From NCBI GenBank assembly GCA_964600365.1, contig CAZRJG010000002.1, positions 36,180 through 100,179 on the forward strand: a DNA stretch of 64,000 nucleotides, given 5' to 3'. Source of the DNA: an uncultured Acidimicrobiia bacterium (GTDB lineage: Bacteria > Actinomycetota > Acidimicrobiia > Spongiisociales > JAENVV01). This document shows, piece after piece, positions 24,802-34,881 of the stretch. The position numbers and the translations under genes are program-made. The notes under the pieces are model-generated. The model saw nothing but the letters and a program-made list of their open reading frames with translations, did not search any database and was not told the origin of the DNA. Position 1 is the first letter of the stretch. Each line of letters starts with the position of its first letter.

Positions 24802-25606
24802 ACCGCCGGGCGATGAGCACAGCGAAGAACGCCAGCACGGGGATGATCGCGACGGTTGCCGACGCTGCCGTGCCGAGGTGGTAGCTCAGCAGGAGTCCCA
24901 CGACCACCGACGCCACCCCGATGAGGGACGCCACGAGCATCGTCACCGGCACCGTCCTGGCCACCAGCGCGGCGGTTGCCGCCGGACCGATGAGCAGGCC
25001 GAACACGAGGAGCGTCCCCACCGTCCGGAATGAGCCGACGATCGCAAGGGTGATGAGTCCCAGGAGCACGAAGTGCGAGAGCGCAGGACGCATCCCGAGC
25101 ATGGAGGCCTTCTGCTCGTTGAACGACAGGACGAGGAACGGGCGGTAGAAGACCTGCGAGACGATCGCCACGACCCCGACCACGACCGTGAGGGTGACGA
25201 GGTCGCCCCGCGTCACACCGAGGGCGTCACCGAAGAGGATGGTCGTGAGGCTCCCAGCGAAGGAATCCATCCTCGAGACGAGGATGACGCCGAGGGCGAG
25301 CATGCCCACGAAGAGGAGTCCGATGCCGGTGTCCTCGCTGAACGAGGCCAGTCGATGGACGAGTCCGATGCCCGCCACCACCACGACGGCTGCGAGCGCA
25401 GCGCCGACGAGGGGTGGGATGTCGAGCAGGATGGCGAGGGCGATGCCGGGGATGACACCGTGGACGAGGGCATCGCCGAAGAAGCTCATCCCCCGCAGCA
25501 CCACCCACGTGCCGACCACAGCTGCGGCAATGGCTGCAAGCGATCCGGCGAGGAGGGCGCGCTGCTGGAACGCGAACTCGAACGGCTCGAGCAACCAGTC
25601 CATCAT
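24767..25606 (-). CDS. znuB: Metal (Zn/Mn) ABC transporter permease, ABC-3 family
   Basis: 8-TM hydrophobic protein with a ZnuB/MntB-like pattern. It forms an operon with the upstream substrate-binding protein gene. Confidence 0.8.
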   Translation of the reverse strand: MMDWLLEPFEFAFQQRALLAGSLAAIAAAVVGTWVVLRGMSFFGDALVHGVIPGIALAILLDIPPLVGAALAAVVVVAGIGLVHRLASFSEDTGIGLLFVGMLALGVILVSRMDSFAGSLTTILFGDALGVTRGDLVTLTVVVGVVAIVSQVFYRPFLVLSFNEQKASMLGMRPALSHFVLLGLITLAIVGSFRTVGTLLVFGLLIGPAATAALVARTVPVTMLVASLIGVASVVVGLLLSYHLGTAASATVAIIPVLAFFAVLIARRFSLRRATPHAP

Positions 25607-26532
25607 CCTGCCCCGAGGGCGTCAGCGATGCGCCGGGCGTTCTCGAGCAGGAATCCCTCGATGGTGTCGGTTGGGGCGTTCCCGTCCGGTCCCGCGGTGA
25701 CCAGTCGCACCACGGAGACCTCGCCGTCGAACTCGGCGGCGAGCGCCTCGGCGACCGTCGTGGAAGCGGACGTATCGATGAAGATCGCCCGAATCCCCTC
25801 CGCTTCGATCCGCCCAGCAAGCGCCGCCAGCTCCTGGGAGCTCGGGGCTGCATCGGTCGAGCCGCCGGGGATCACGACACCGACCACCTCGAAGCCGAAC
25901 CGGTCGGCGAAGTACCCGAAGGAGTCGTGGTTCGACACCAGCCGCCGATCCTCGACCCCGTCGAGCAGGTCGACCATCTCTGCGGCGAGAGCGTCCATCC
26001 GATCAGCGTACGCCGCGGCCGCTTCGACCGCGCCCACGTCGCCGAAGCGTGCGTCCATCTCCACGGCGAGGGCCCGGGCGACGAGGCCGATCCGCACCGG
26101 ATCGAGCCAGACATGGGGATCCTCGTCGGCGTGGTCCTCATCGGCGAGGTCCTCGTCTTCGTGGTCACCGAACGGAAGCGGATCGGCAGCCTCGCCGGCC
26201 ACGAAGACGGGGATTCCGTCGGTCCCGGCGGCATCGACGGTATCGGCGAGACCCTCCTCGAGGCCGAGGCCGTTCACCACGATGAGGTCCGCACGGCGGA
26301 GATCGGCTGCCTGGGCGGCCGAGGGGACGAAGTCGTGGGGGTCCACGCCTGCGGGGAGGAGTACCTCCACGCGGAGTCGGTCGGAGGGGTCCAGGGCATC
26401 CACGACCTCGGCCCACACCGACGTGGAGACCACGACGAGCGGGCGATCGTCATCGGACGATCCATCGCTACACGCGGCGAGCACGAGCGAGAAGGCAAGC
26501 ATGAGCACGGTTGACCGTTGGAGCCAGGGCAT
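25603..26532 (-). CDS. znuA: Metal ABC transporter substrate-binding lipoprotein (ZnuA/TroA family) with a His/Asp/Glu-rich loop
   Basis: Lipobox LAAC, a cluster-9 SBP fold and an acidic/His-rich insertion (DHEDEDLADEDHADEDPH) typical of ZnuA. Start at the internal Met (26530-26532). Confidence 0.8.
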   Translation of the reverse strand: MPWLQRSTVLMLAFSLVLAACSDGSSDDDRPLVVVSTSVWAEVVDALDPSDRLRVEVLLPAGVDPHDFVPSAAQAADLRRADLIVVNGLGLEEGLADTVDAAGTDGIPVFVAGEAADPLPFGDHEDEDLADEDHADEDPHVWLDPVRIGLVARALAVEMDARFGDVGAVEAAAAYADRMDALAAEMVDLLDGVEDRRLVSNHDSFGYFADRFGFEVVGVVIPGGSTDAAPSSQELAALAGRIEAEGIRAIFIDTSASTTVAEALAAEFDGEVSVVRLVTAGPDGNAPTDTIEGFLLENARRIADALGAG

Positions 26533-26552
26533 GTCGAGAACACCATGTTGGG

Positions 26553-26565
26553 AATGATTATCATT
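26553..26565. promoter_or_regulatory. Zur/Fur-box-like palindrome AATGAT-T-ATCATT in the znuA / zur divergent intergenic region
   Basis: Perfect 6-1-6 palindrome matching the core of actinobacterial Zur boxes (TGAnAATcATTnTCA-like), sited between the divergent znuA and zur starts. Confidence 0.5.
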
Positions 26566-26570
26566 ATACT

Positions 26571-27020
26571 GTGCTCGTGGGATTGGATGAATCGACCGAC
26601 CTCCAGGTACGCACCCGGCTCGGGGAGCGCGGTGCGCGGCTGACGGCGACCCGCCGCGCCGTCCTCTATGCGCTCCTCGAGCGTCCGGGCCCATCCCCCG
26701 TTGCAGAGCTCGACGGCGACCTCCCGGACATCCCCCTCTCCTCCCTCTACCGATCCCTCAGCGTCCTCACCGAGGCGGGGATCATCGTCTCGCTGCCCGG
26801 GGGCGAGGGCGTCTCCCTCTACGAGCCCGCCGAATGGCTCTCCGGGCACCACCACCACTTTGTGTGCCGCGTCTGTGGCACAGTGCAGGACGTGGACGTG
26901 GACGTCGATGTGGAGGAGGCCCTCGAACGGGTCTCGGCATCCGCGGCGCGACGCGGGTTCAGGGTGGAGGACCACCGACTCGCCCTCGAAGGGCGCTGCG
27001 CGGGGTGCGTCGATGCCTGA
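26571..27020 (+). CDS. zur: Fur-family zinc uptake regulator
   Basis: Fur fold with HHHF, CxxC...CxxC metal sites. GTG start chosen immediately after the Zur box; the TTG at 26511 is an alternative. Confidence 0.75.
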   Translation: MLVGLDESTDLQVRTRLGERGARLTATRRAVLYALLERPGPSPVAELDGDLPDIPLSSLYRSLSVLTEAGIIVSLPGGEGVSLYEPAEWLSGHHHHFVCRVCGTVQDVDVDVDVEEALERVSASAARRGFRVEDHRLALEGRCAGCVDA

Positions 27021-27807
27021 AATCGTCGCCACCGACATCGTGGTCCTCCGCGACGGGAGGACCGCCGTCGACACCTCATCGTTCACCATCCCCGACGGCA
27101 TGATCACCGCCGTCATCGGGCCGAATGGCTCCGGCAAGTCCACGATCCTCCATGTCATCGGTGGGCTGCTCGAACCGGCATCCGGAACCCTCACAGTGGG
27201 AGGTTTCCCTCCCCACCAGGTGCGCGAGCGGGTGTCCTACGTCCTCCAGACCACGCAGGTGAACGACGCAATGCCGCTCACCGTCGGCGAGACGGTGCTC
27301 ATGGCTCGGTTCTCAGGCAAATCATGGCTCGGGCGCATCACCGCGGCGGATCGGAACGCCGCGGCGGAGGCCATCGAGCGACTCGACCTCGGGGACATCG
27401 CGGGACGGCACCTCGCCGAGCTCTCCGGTGGCCAGCGACAGCGCACCTTCGTCGCCCAGGGCCTCGCCCAGGACCACGACGTCCTGCTGCTCGATGAGCC
27501 TCTCACCGCACTCGATGCCCCCTCCGCCCAGGTGATCGATGACGTCGTCCACGCCGAGCAGGCCTCCGGCCGCACCATCGTGCTCACGACCCACGACCTC
27601 GGCGAGGCATCAGCCGCAGACCACGTCATCCTGCTCGCGGGGCAGGTGATCGCCAGCGGCGCGCCCGGCGATGTGCTCACGCCGGCCAACCTCGAGCAGG
27701 CCTACCGGTCGGGGCATCCGCACTCACACGAACACGGCGGGAACTTCTTGGACGACCCTGCCCACGTGACCGATGGGCGCCACGCACATCGGACGATGGA
27801 AGGCTGA
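27013..27807 (+). CDS. znuC: Metal ABC transporter ATP-binding protein
   Basis: Walker A GPNGSGKST, signature LSGGQRQR, Walker B LLLDEP, His-rich C-tail. The ATG overlaps the zur stop. Confidence 0.8.
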   Translation: MPEIVATDIVVLRDGRTAVDTSSFTIPDGMITAVIGPNGSGKSTILHVIGGLLEPASGTLTVGGFPPHQVRERVSYVLQTTQVNDAMPLTVGETVLMARFSGKSWLGRITAADRNAAAEAIERLDLGDIAGRHLAELSGGQRQRTFVAQGLAQDHDVLLLDEPLTALDAPSAQVIDDVVHAEQASGRTIVLTTHDLGEASAADHVILLAGQVIASGAPGDVLTPANLEQAYRSGHPHSHEHGGNFLDDPAHVTDGRHAHRTMEG

Positions 27808-27949
27808 GGGGACGTTCCGCACAGAGCGAACGTCTGTCCCCTCGTCGAGGCAGCCCCCCTACCCCCGCCTCCGGCGGCGGTACCTTCCCCCGCACGCGGG
27901 GGACAGAGGTCGAAGCCAGGCCGGATTCGTCTCCGAGTACCGTCGCCAC

Positions 27950-28660
27950 ATGTCCGCTCCGTACGACCTCCACGCCTACCCGCCGCCCGACTCCCCACAT
28001 CGGTTCGTCCCGCACTCGCTCCCCCATCGGAGCGATGAGGATCTGGTCGCAGCCGGCCGTGCGTTCGCCTCCCACATGGCGGGGAGGAGGAGCATCAGGA
28101 TGTTCGGCGACCGACCGGTTCCCCGTTCCGCGATCGAGGCGGCGATCACCGCTGCGTCCTCCGCCCCCTCCGGCGCCCACATGCAGCCATGGACATTCGT
28201 CGCGATCGCAGACCCGGAGGTGAAGGGGGCCATCCGTTCGGCAGCAGAGGAGGAGGAGCGCGAGAACTACGACGGCGGACGCCTCGGGCCCGAATGGCGC
28301 GACGCCCTCGAACCCCTCGGGACCGATTGGCGGAAGCCGTTCCTCGAGCGCGCGCCGTGGCTCGTCGTGCTGTTCGAGCGGCGGATGGGGGTTCGCGACG
28401 ACGGGACCACGTTCCACCACTACTACGTGAAGGAGTCGGTCGGCATCGCCGCGGGGATCTTCGTCACCGCCCTCCACACCATGGGCCTGGCGACGCTCCC
28501 CCACACCCCGAGTCCCATGGCGTTCCTCACGACGGTCCTCGGACGACCGCGCACGGAGCGGCCGTTCGCCCTCTTCCCGATCGGGTTCCCCGCTGACGGG
28601 TGTGTCGTCCCCGACTTGGAGCGCAAGTCGCTCGCCGAGGTGAGCACCTGGTTCGAGTAG
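27950..28660 (+). CDS. Nitroreductase family protein
   Basis: RRSIRMF...P FMN-binding start motif and nitroreductase fold length; start at an internal Met. Confidence 0.75.
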   Translation: MSAPYDLHAYPPPDSPHRFVPHSLPHRSDEDLVAAGRAFASHMAGRRSIRMFGDRPVPRSAIEAAITAASSAPSGAHMQPWTFVAIADPEVKGAIRSAAEEEERENYDGGRLGPEWRDALEPLGTDWRKPFLERAPWLVVLFERRMGVRDDGTTFHHYYVKESVGIAAGIFVTALHTMGLATLPHTPSPMAFLTTVLGRPRTERPFALFPIGFPADGCVVPDLERKSLAEVSTWFE

Positions 28661-28663
28661 TCG

Positions 28664-29044
28664 TTACTCCTCGCGGGGTTCGAGGCTCAGGCTCGCGGAG
28701 TTCACGCAGAAGCGGAGTCCCGTGGGCGCCGGGCCATCGGAGAACACGTGGCCGAGGTGGGCGTCGCAGTTGGCGCACGTGATCTCGGTGCGGACCATGC
28801 CGTGGGACGTGTCGGTCTTCTCGGTGATGCGCCCATCATCCACCGCCTCGAAGAACGACGGCCATCCCGAGCCCGAGTCATACTTCGACTTCGAGTCGAA
28901 GAGGTCGACCCCGCACACGACACAGCGGTACATGCCGGGGCGCTTCTCGTTCCAGTACTCCCCCGAGAAGGGCGGCTCGGTGCCGCACTGCTGCGTCACG
29001 TGCCACTGCTCGTCGGTGAGTTTCGCTTTGAGGTCGTCGGTCAT
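28664..29044 (-). CDS. msrB: Peptide-methionine (R)-S-oxide reductase
   Basis: Two CxxC zinc motifs (CGTEPPF...CVVCG / [12 protein letters not shown]) and the catalytic RFCVNS. Confidence 0.85.
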   Translation of the reverse strand: MTDDLKAKLTDEQWHVTQQCGTEPPFSGEYWNEKRPGMYRCVVCGVDLFDSKSKYDSGSGWPSFFEAVDDGRITEKTDTSHGMVRTEITCANCDAHLGHVFSDGPAPTGLRFCVNSASLSLEPREE

Positions 29045-29147
29045 GGTGAGGAGGGTACGGAGCCGAGCCGGTTGTCGGCGCGGGATCGGGGACAACAATC
29101 GGTGAACACGCAGATCCCAACCGGGACTGGCTCCTAGCCTCCACCCG

Positions 29148-29843
29148 ATGAAGACCATCGGGCTCATCGGCGGCATGAGCTGGGAATCGTCCATCGAGTA
29201 CGAGCGGATCATCCACGAGGAGGTGCGGAGCCGACTCGGCACGACGCATTCGGCGAGGACGATCCACTGGACGTTCGACTTCCACGAGATCGAGGCACTC
29301 CAGGAGGCCGGGGACTGGGAGGCCGCCGGAGGGGCCCTCATCGGCGCAGCCCGGGCGCTCCGGGGCGCCGGTGCGGACCTGCTCCTCATCTGCACGAACA
29401 CGATGCACCTCGTCCACGACCGCGTGCAGGCGGCGGTCGACGTGCCCGTGCTCCACATCGCCGACGCAACGGCGACGGCGGTCGCGTCGGAGAAGATCAA
29501 GACGGTGGGCCTCCTCGGGACGGCCTACACCATGGAGCACCCCTTCTACCGGGGACGACTCGAGTCGCACCACGGACTCGAGGTGCTTGTGCCCGATGTT
29601 GAGGACCGGGCCGACGTGCACCGCGTGATCTACGACGAACTGGTTCGAGGCGTCATCAGCGATGCCTCTCGCGCCCGGTACCTCGAGGTCATCGACACCC
29701 TGCTCGATCGGGGAGCAGAGGGAATCATCGCCGGGTGCACCGAGGTCGAGCTCCTCGTACACGCCGAGGACATCGCGGTCCCCTTCTTCCCCACCACACG
29801 GATCCACGCACGCGCCGCGGTGGACATCGCCCTGGACGCGTGA
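29148..29843 (+). CDS. Aspartate/glutamate racemase family protein
   Basis: [12 protein letters not shown] and CTNTMH cysteine motifs; second cysteine motif GCTE. Confidence 0.8.
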   Translation: MKTIGLIGGMSWESSIEYERIIHEEVRSRLGTTHSARTIHWTFDFHEIEALQEAGDWEAAGGALIGAARALRGAGADLLLICTNTMHLVHDRVQAAVDVPVLHIADATATAVASEKIKTVGLLGTAYTMEHPFYRGRLESHHGLEVLVPDVEDRADVHRVIYDELVRGVISDASRARYLEVIDTLLDRGAEGIIAGCTEVELLVHAEDIAVPFFPTTRIHARAAVDIALDA

Positions 29844-29944
29844 GACGCCCGCCAGGGGCGGGCGTCTCACGGCAGATGGGGCTCCGGGGAGGGCGAAGAC
29901 CCCATATGGAGGGACGAGTGGGGAGGCCACTCGCCTGGGTGGAT

Positions 29945-30139
29945 CTACTCGTCGTCGACGAAGCGGCCACGCACCCGGGGGTACGTGATCGGGGCGTGCT
30001 GGTTGCAGAACTCGCGCTTGTTGTAGCGGGAGAGTCGCGTCGGGCAGTCGGACTGCTTACAGACACGCACGCCTTCGATTGCCTTGGACGGACGAACACC
30101 GCCGCGAAGGCGCTGTCCTTTGAGAGTCGTTTCAGCCAT
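29945..30139 (-). CDS. Small conserved-looking zinc-ribbon protein (64 aa)
   Basis: MAETTLKGQRL...CKQSDCPTRLSRYNKREFCNQH (C-x4-C-x12-C-x2-H). Good SD (GAGGAA) 7 nt upstream. Start at an internal Met of a longer ORF. Confidence 0.45.
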   Translation of the reverse strand: MAETTLKGQRLRGGVRPSKAIEGVRVCKQSDCPTRLSRYNKREFCNQHAPITYPRVRGRFVDDE

Positions 30140-30323
30140 GGTGGTTCCTCGTTTCGCCGCAATGGGGTCGGTGGATGTCGGGGTCCGACCTCTCGACCGC
30201 GGTGCTACTCGCTGTTCATACGGAGCAACGCGGGAGACCGGATCGGTATTCCCCCTATTCGTGTGGGACTTATTTTGCCGACCGAACCTCTGACGTGTCA
30301 AGTCTCAATCGCGCGGAGCACGG

Positions 30324-30872
30324 TCAGGGCCGCGTCCCCGGGTCGTCGACGGGGGTGATTCGACGCTCATACATACGCACCCGGACCGTGCCGCTCTTCG
30401 TCTCCTGCTCCCCGACGGCCGTGAAGCCATGGCGGAGGTGGAACCGATGCGATCCGCCGTTCGGGGGGCGAACGTTCACCTCGGCGAGCACCACGGGATA
30501 CCCGGCACGGGCCGCGTGGCCGATCGTCTCCTCGTACAAACTCGAACCGATTCCCTGACCGTGGGCGCGGGGATGCACGGCGATCCGATCCACATAGAGG
30601 AAGTGGTCGTAGCGCTCCGAGAACCAGCGATAGTTGTCGCTCGGATAGTCGAGTCCCGGCCCATCGATCGCAAGCACGAAGCCGGTGGGGCCATGGAAGT
30701 CCCGATGGACCATCGCGAGCCCCGGCCAGTCGAGAAGCCTTCGGAGCTCCGACATCGGGATCTCGTTCACCGCCGGCGCCTGGGCGTTGTTGATCGAGAG
30801 TAGCTGTCGATGGTCGCGCCGACGCGGTGGGCTCACGACCGCCCACCACGGGTGCCCCGACCCGCCCCGCAT
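30324..30872 (-). CDS. GNAT family N-acetyltransferase
   Basis: Acetyl-CoA motif (IAVHPRAHGQGIGSSLYEE) and GNAT core. Start uncertain: Mets at 30872 or 30755. Confidence 0.65.
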   Translation of the reverse strand: MRGGSGHPWWAVVSPPRRRDHRQLLSINNAQAPAVNEIPMSELRRLLDWPGLAMVHRDFHGPTGFVLAIDGPGLDYPSDNYRWFSERYDHFLYVDRIAVHPRAHGQGIGSSLYEETIGHAARAGYPVVLAEVNVRPPNGGSHRFHLRHGFTAVGEQETKSGTVRVRMYERRITPVDDPGTRP

Positions 30873-30982
30873 CCGACTCATCCACCGACGCATGGCAGAG
30901 GAGGATATCTCGGGGACGGAGATCGGAGAACGCAGCGTACGGCCCAGCTGCATGCTGACAGCTGACAGCCAACGACTCCAGG

Positions 30983-31009
30983 GACCCCTCCCCCCTAGGG
31001 GTGGGGACC
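30983..31009. promoter_or_regulatory. Candidate CsoR operator: GC-rich pseudo-palindrome GACCCCTCCCCCCTAGGGGTGGGGACC upstream of csoR
   Basis: CCCCTAGGGG perfect palindrome flanked by GACCCC / GGGGAC. It resembles the C/G-tract pseudo-palindromes bound by CsoR-family repressors and lies 5-30 nt upstream of the csoR start. Confidence 0.3.
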
Positions 31010-31013
31010 GCGT

Positions 31014-31319
31014 ATGCTTCCTCACATGAAGCCCGAGCACAAGACCGCTGCCCTCAACCGCCTCAAGACGGTACGGGGCCACCTCGACTCCATCATCGGC
31101 ATGGTGGAGGACGAGCGGTACTGCCCGGACATCATGAAGCAGCTCTCGGCGGTGCAGGGGTCCATGGAGCGGGTCAACCGCATCCTCCTCCAGAACCACC
31201 TCGAGACCTGCTTCACCCACGCCGTCAACGAGGACCGCACCCAAGAGGTGGTGGACGAGTTGATGGAGTTCACCCGTTACACGAAGGCCATCACCGGCCC
31301 GAGCGAGGAGCAACGATGA
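31014..31319 (+). CDS. csoR: CsoR/RcnR family copper-sensing transcriptional repressor
   Basis: W-x-Y-C ... H ... C ligand pattern (RYCPDI...HLETCFTH) and a helical bundle. The start may be the Met at 31026. Confidence 0.8.
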   Translation: MLPHMKPEHKTAALNRLKTVRGHLDSIIGMVEDERYCPDIMKQLSAVQGSMERVNRILLQNHLETCFTHAVNEDRTQEVVDELMEFTRYTKAITGPSEEQR

Positions 31320-31516
31320 CCACCCTCTCTGTCCCAGACATCTCCTGCGGCCACTGCAAGTCGTCGATCGAGGGCGCCGTCGGTGCACTCGCCGGCGTCG
31401 CCACCGTCGAGGTGTCCATCGACAACAAGTCCGTCGACGTGGCGTTCGATTCGCCCGCCGACCTCGAGGCGATCATCGCCGCCATCGAGGGCCAGGGCTA
31501 CGAAGTCGCGCGCTGA
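31316..31516 (+). CDS. copZ: Heavy-metal-associated copper chaperone
   Basis: HMA domain with a CGHC metal-binding motif; overlaps the csoR stop. Confidence 0.8.
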   Translation: MTTLSVPDISCGHCKSSIEGAVGALAGVATVEVSIDNKSVDVAFDSPADLEAIIAAIEGQGYEVAR

Positions 31517-31524
31517 CCCCCGCC

Positions 31525-33660
31525 ATGGCAACCACCGAGACGACCTTCGACGTAGAAGGCATGACCTGCGCCGCCTGTGCGACGCGCATCGAGCGCGTCC
31601 TCTCCAAGCAGGACGGCGTCGAGCAGGTCGCCGTCAACTTCGCGACCCGTGAGGCGAAGGTGATCGGCGCTGCTGCGCCTTCCGACCTCGCCTCGGCGGT
31701 GGACCGCATCGGGTACGGCATCCACGAGATCCTCGAGGGTGACGAGCGGCCCGACATCGTCGCACGCTACGAGGAGGAACAGGCCGAGCAGTGGAAGCGC
31801 TTCGTGGGGGCCTCCGTCCTCGCGGTGCCGCTCATCGTGCTCGCCATGGCCCTCCCCATGGCGACGTGGAACACGTGGCTCCAGTTCGCACTCGCCACGC
31901 CGATCGTGGTCTGGTTCGGCAGGCAGTTCCACATCGCTGCCGCGAAGCAGCTCAGGTCGTTCGGGGCGAACATGGACACCCTCGTCTCCCTCGGCACCCT
32001 CGCCGCATGGACATGGTCCGTATGGGCCTCCCTCACCGGCCAGCACGTGTTCTTCGAGACCGCCGGGGCGATCATCGCCTTCATCCTGCTCGGGAAGTTC
32101 TTCGAGGCACGGGCGAAGGGCCGAGCCTCTGCGGCAGTGACCAAGCTGCTCGAGCTCGGAGCAACGGAGGCGCGGGTCCTCCAAGGCGAGAAGGAGATCA
32201 CGATCCCCGCTGATCGCCTCCGGGTCGGCGACCACATGGTCGTCCGCCCCGGGGAGAAGATCCCCACCGATGGAAAGGTGATCGAAGGCTTCTCGTCGAT
32301 CGACGAGTCGATGCTCACCGGCGAATCCGTCCCCGTCGACAAGGTCGTCGGCGACAACGTGTTCGGGGCGACGGTGAACCAGCAGGGCCGCATCGTCGTG
32401 GAAGCCACGGCAACCGGGCGCGAGACCGCCCTGTTCCGCATCGCCCGCCTCGTCGAGGACGCCCAGGCGTCCAAGGCCCCCGTGCAGCGGCTGGCTGACC
32501 GGGTCTCGGCCGTCTTCGTCCCGATCGTCGTCGCCATCGCCATCGTGACGTTCGCCGCGTGGGTCCTCATCTCCGGGGACGTCGGGGCTGCGATGACCGC
32601 CGCCGTCGCCGTACTCATCATTGCCTGCCCCTGCGCCCTTGGCCTCGCCACGCCCACCGCGATCATGGTGGGATCCGGCAAGGGAGCCGAGTCCGGCATC
32701 GTGTTCAAGGGAGCCGAGGCCTTCGAGCGCTCCAGCACCATCGACACCGTCCTCTTCGACAAGACCGGCACCCTCACCCGGGGCCACATGACGCTCACCC
32801 GGGTGTTCGGCGACCCCATCGTCCTGCAGCGGGCCGCCGCCGTCGAAGCAGCCTCGGGGCACCCGATCGCCGTCGCCATCGTGCTCGGCGCCGAGGAACG
32901 GGACCTCCCGATTCCCAAGGTCAGTGACTTCATGGACATGCCCGGACGGGGCGTCGTGGGCACCGTCGACGGCGAGGAGGTCGTCGTCGGTCGACCGATG
33001 CTCCTCGAAGAACTCGGTCTCCAGGTGGAGCAGTACCACCAGGACGAACTCACCACGTACGAGACGTTCGGCGCCACCTCGGTCATGGTCGGGTGGGGCG
33101 GGAAGTCCCGGGGCGTGCTCGGAGTCGCCGACTCCCTCCGCTCAACGGCGAAGGCCGCCGTTGCAGGCCTCCACGAACTCGGACTCGACGTCGCGATGGT
33201 GACGGGCGACAACCCCGCCACCTCCCGCACGATCGCCAAGGAGGTCGGTATCGATCGGGTCCGGGCGGGCGTCCTCCCGGGCGGCAAGGACCAGGAGGTC
33301 ATCAGGCTCCAGGACGAGGGCCGGACCGTTGCCTTCGTGGGCGACGGCATCAACGACGCCCCCGCCCTCACCCGGGCCGACATGGGCATGGCCGTGGGCA
33401 CCGGGACCGACATCGCCATCGAGGCCGGCGACGTGATCCTCATGAGCGGGGACCCCACGCTCGCCCTCACCGCCGTCCGCCTCGGGAAGGCGACGTTCCG
33501 GGTCATCCGCCAGAACCTCTTCTGGGCGTTCTTCTACAACACCGCGATGATCCCGCTCGCCGCTCTCGGCTACCTCAACCCGATGTTCGCCTCGGCGGCC
33601 ATGGCCCTGTCATCGGTGAGCGTCGTCGGCAACTCGCTTCGGTTGCGCCGCTTCCGGTAG
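31525..33660 (+). CDS. copA: Copper-translocating P1B-type ATPase
   Basis: N-terminal HMA (GMTCAAC), CPC in TM6, DKTGT phosphorylation site, GDGxND; 711 aa. Confidence 0.9.
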   Translation: MATTETTFDVEGMTCAACATRIERVLSKQDGVEQVAVNFATREAKVIGAAAPSDLASAVDRIGYGIHEILEGDERPDIVARYEEEQAEQWKRFVGASVLAVPLIVLAMALPMATWNTWLQFALATPIVVWFGRQFHIAAAKQLRSFGANMDTLVSLGTLAAWTWSVWASLTGQHVFFETAGAIIAFILLGKFFEARAKGRASAAVTKLLELGATEARVLQGEKEITIPADRLRVGDHMVVRPGEKIPTDGKVIEGFSSIDESMLTGESVPVDKVVGDNVFGATVNQQGRIVVEATATGRETALFRIARLVEDAQASKAPVQRLADRVSAVFVPIVVAIAIVTFAAWVLISGDVGAAMTAAVAVLIIACPCALGLATPTAIMVGSGKGAESGIVFKGAEAFERSSTIDTVLFDKTGTLTRGHMTLTRVFGDPIVLQRAAAVEAASGHPIAVAIVLGAEERDLPIPKVSDFMDMPGRGVVGTVDGEEVVVGRPMLLEELGLQVEQYHQDELTTYETFGATSVMVGWGGKSRGVLGVADSLRSTAKAAVAGLHELGLDVAMVTGDNPATSRTIAKEVGIDRVRAGVLPGGKDQEVIRLQDEGRTVAFVGDGINDAPALTRADMGMAVGTGTDIAIEAGDVILMSGDPTLALTAVRLGKATFRVIRQNLFWAFFYNTAMIPLAALGYLNPMFASAAMALSSVSVVGNSLRLRRFR

Positions 33661-33695
33661 GGAACAGGCGGCGCGCCCTCGGCGTTCCCACCTGC

Positions 33696-34871
33696 GTGAC
33701 CCAAGCGCAGGCCCTCGTCCGGATCGCCACGGCCCAACTGCTCGCCCTGGGGCTGTGGTTCTCGGCCTCGGCCGTTGCGCCCCAACTGGCCGAGGCCTGG
33801 GAACTCAGCGACGGCCAGGTGGCCTGGCTCACCATGGCCGTGCAGGTCGGGTTCGTGGTGGGCGCGCTCGTGTCGGCCGTCCTCAACCTCAGCGACATGT
33901 GGTCCGCGAGGAAGCTGTTCTTCGGCGCCGCACTGGTGGGCGCGGCCGCAAACCTCGGCCTGCTCCTCGTCGAGGGGCCGTCGGCCGCCCTCGGGCTCCG
34001 TTTCGCCACCGGCGTCGCCCTCGCAGGGGTCTATCCATCGGGCATGAAGGTGATGGCCGGGTGGTTCGCCAAGGGGCGCGGCATGGCCCTCGGGGTGCTC
34101 GTCGGCGCGCTCACCCTCGGCAGCGCCACTCCCCATCTCGTCCGGGGGATGGGGCTGGAGTGGAGGGGCGTCGTGGTGTCCGCCTCCCTGCTTGCCGCGG
34201 CAGGCGCAGGTCTCATGCTGACGACCCGCGACGGACCACACCAGGCCCCACCTCGACCCTTCGAGTGGCGACTCGTGGGCTCGGTCCTCGCCACCCCGGG
34301 CTGGCGGAGGTCGACCGCGGGGTACCTGGGGCACATGTGGGAGCTCTACGCGATGTGGACGTGGATCGCAGCGTGGGTTGCTGCCTCTGCCGGGGCTGCC
34401 TCCTCCCCCTACCCGAATCCCTCCACGACCGCCTTCGGGGTGATCGGGATCGGTGCGATCGGATCATGGGGAGCCGGCGTGCTCGCCGACCGGGTCGGGA
34501 GGCCCGTCGTGGCGGGCGCAGCGATGGCGGCGTCCGGGACGGTCGCACTGCTCAGCCCACTGCTCTTCGGCGCCCACCCGTGGATCGTCCTCCCTGCGCT
34601 CCTGCTGTGGGGGATCACCGTGATCGCAGACTCTGCCCAGTTCTCGGCTCTCGCCACCGAGACGACACCGCCAGACAGGATCGGAACTGCGCTCACCCTG
34701 CAGACCGCGCTCGGGTTCCTCCTCACCCTGGCCTCGATCCGCCTCGTCCCCGTCATCGCGGCCAACCTCACGTGGCAGTGGGCCTTCCCCGTCCTCGCCG
34801 TGGGACCGGCGCTCGGCGTCCTCGCCATGCGTGCGCACGCCCGAGCCGAGCCGGGCGTGCGGCCCGGGTAG
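33696..34871 (+). CDS. MFS transporter
   Basis: 12-TM hydrophobic profile with MFS-like loops; GTG start just after the copA stop. Confidence 0.7.
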   Translation: MTQAQALVRIATAQLLALGLWFSASAVAPQLAEAWELSDGQVAWLTMAVQVGFVVGALVSAVLNLSDMWSARKLFFGAALVGAAANLGLLLVEGPSAALGLRFATGVALAGVYPSGMKVMAGWFAKGRGMALGVLVGALTLGSATPHLVRGMGLEWRGVVVSASLLAAAGAGLMLTTRDGPHQAPPRPFEWRLVGSVLATPGWRRSTAGYLGHMWELYAMWTWIAAWVAASAGAASSPYPNPSTTAFGVIGIGAIGSWGAGVLADRVGRPVVAGAAMAASGTVALLSPLLFGAHPWIVLPALLLWGITVIADSAQFSALATETTPPDRIGTALTLQTALGFLLTLASIRLVPVIAANLTWQWAFPVLAVGPALGVLAMRAHARAEPGVRPG

Positions 34872-34881
34872 CGTCACCTCG

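Noticed and set aside
28035-28660. Selenoprotein (in-frame TGA) forms of MsrB, peroxiredoxin-like or nitroreductase genes near the sel locus
   Set aside because: All catalytic cysteines are encoded by TGC or TGT (RFCVNS in MsrB, WCPFC in the redoxin). No gene in the window is split by a single in-frame TGA with homology continuing across it.
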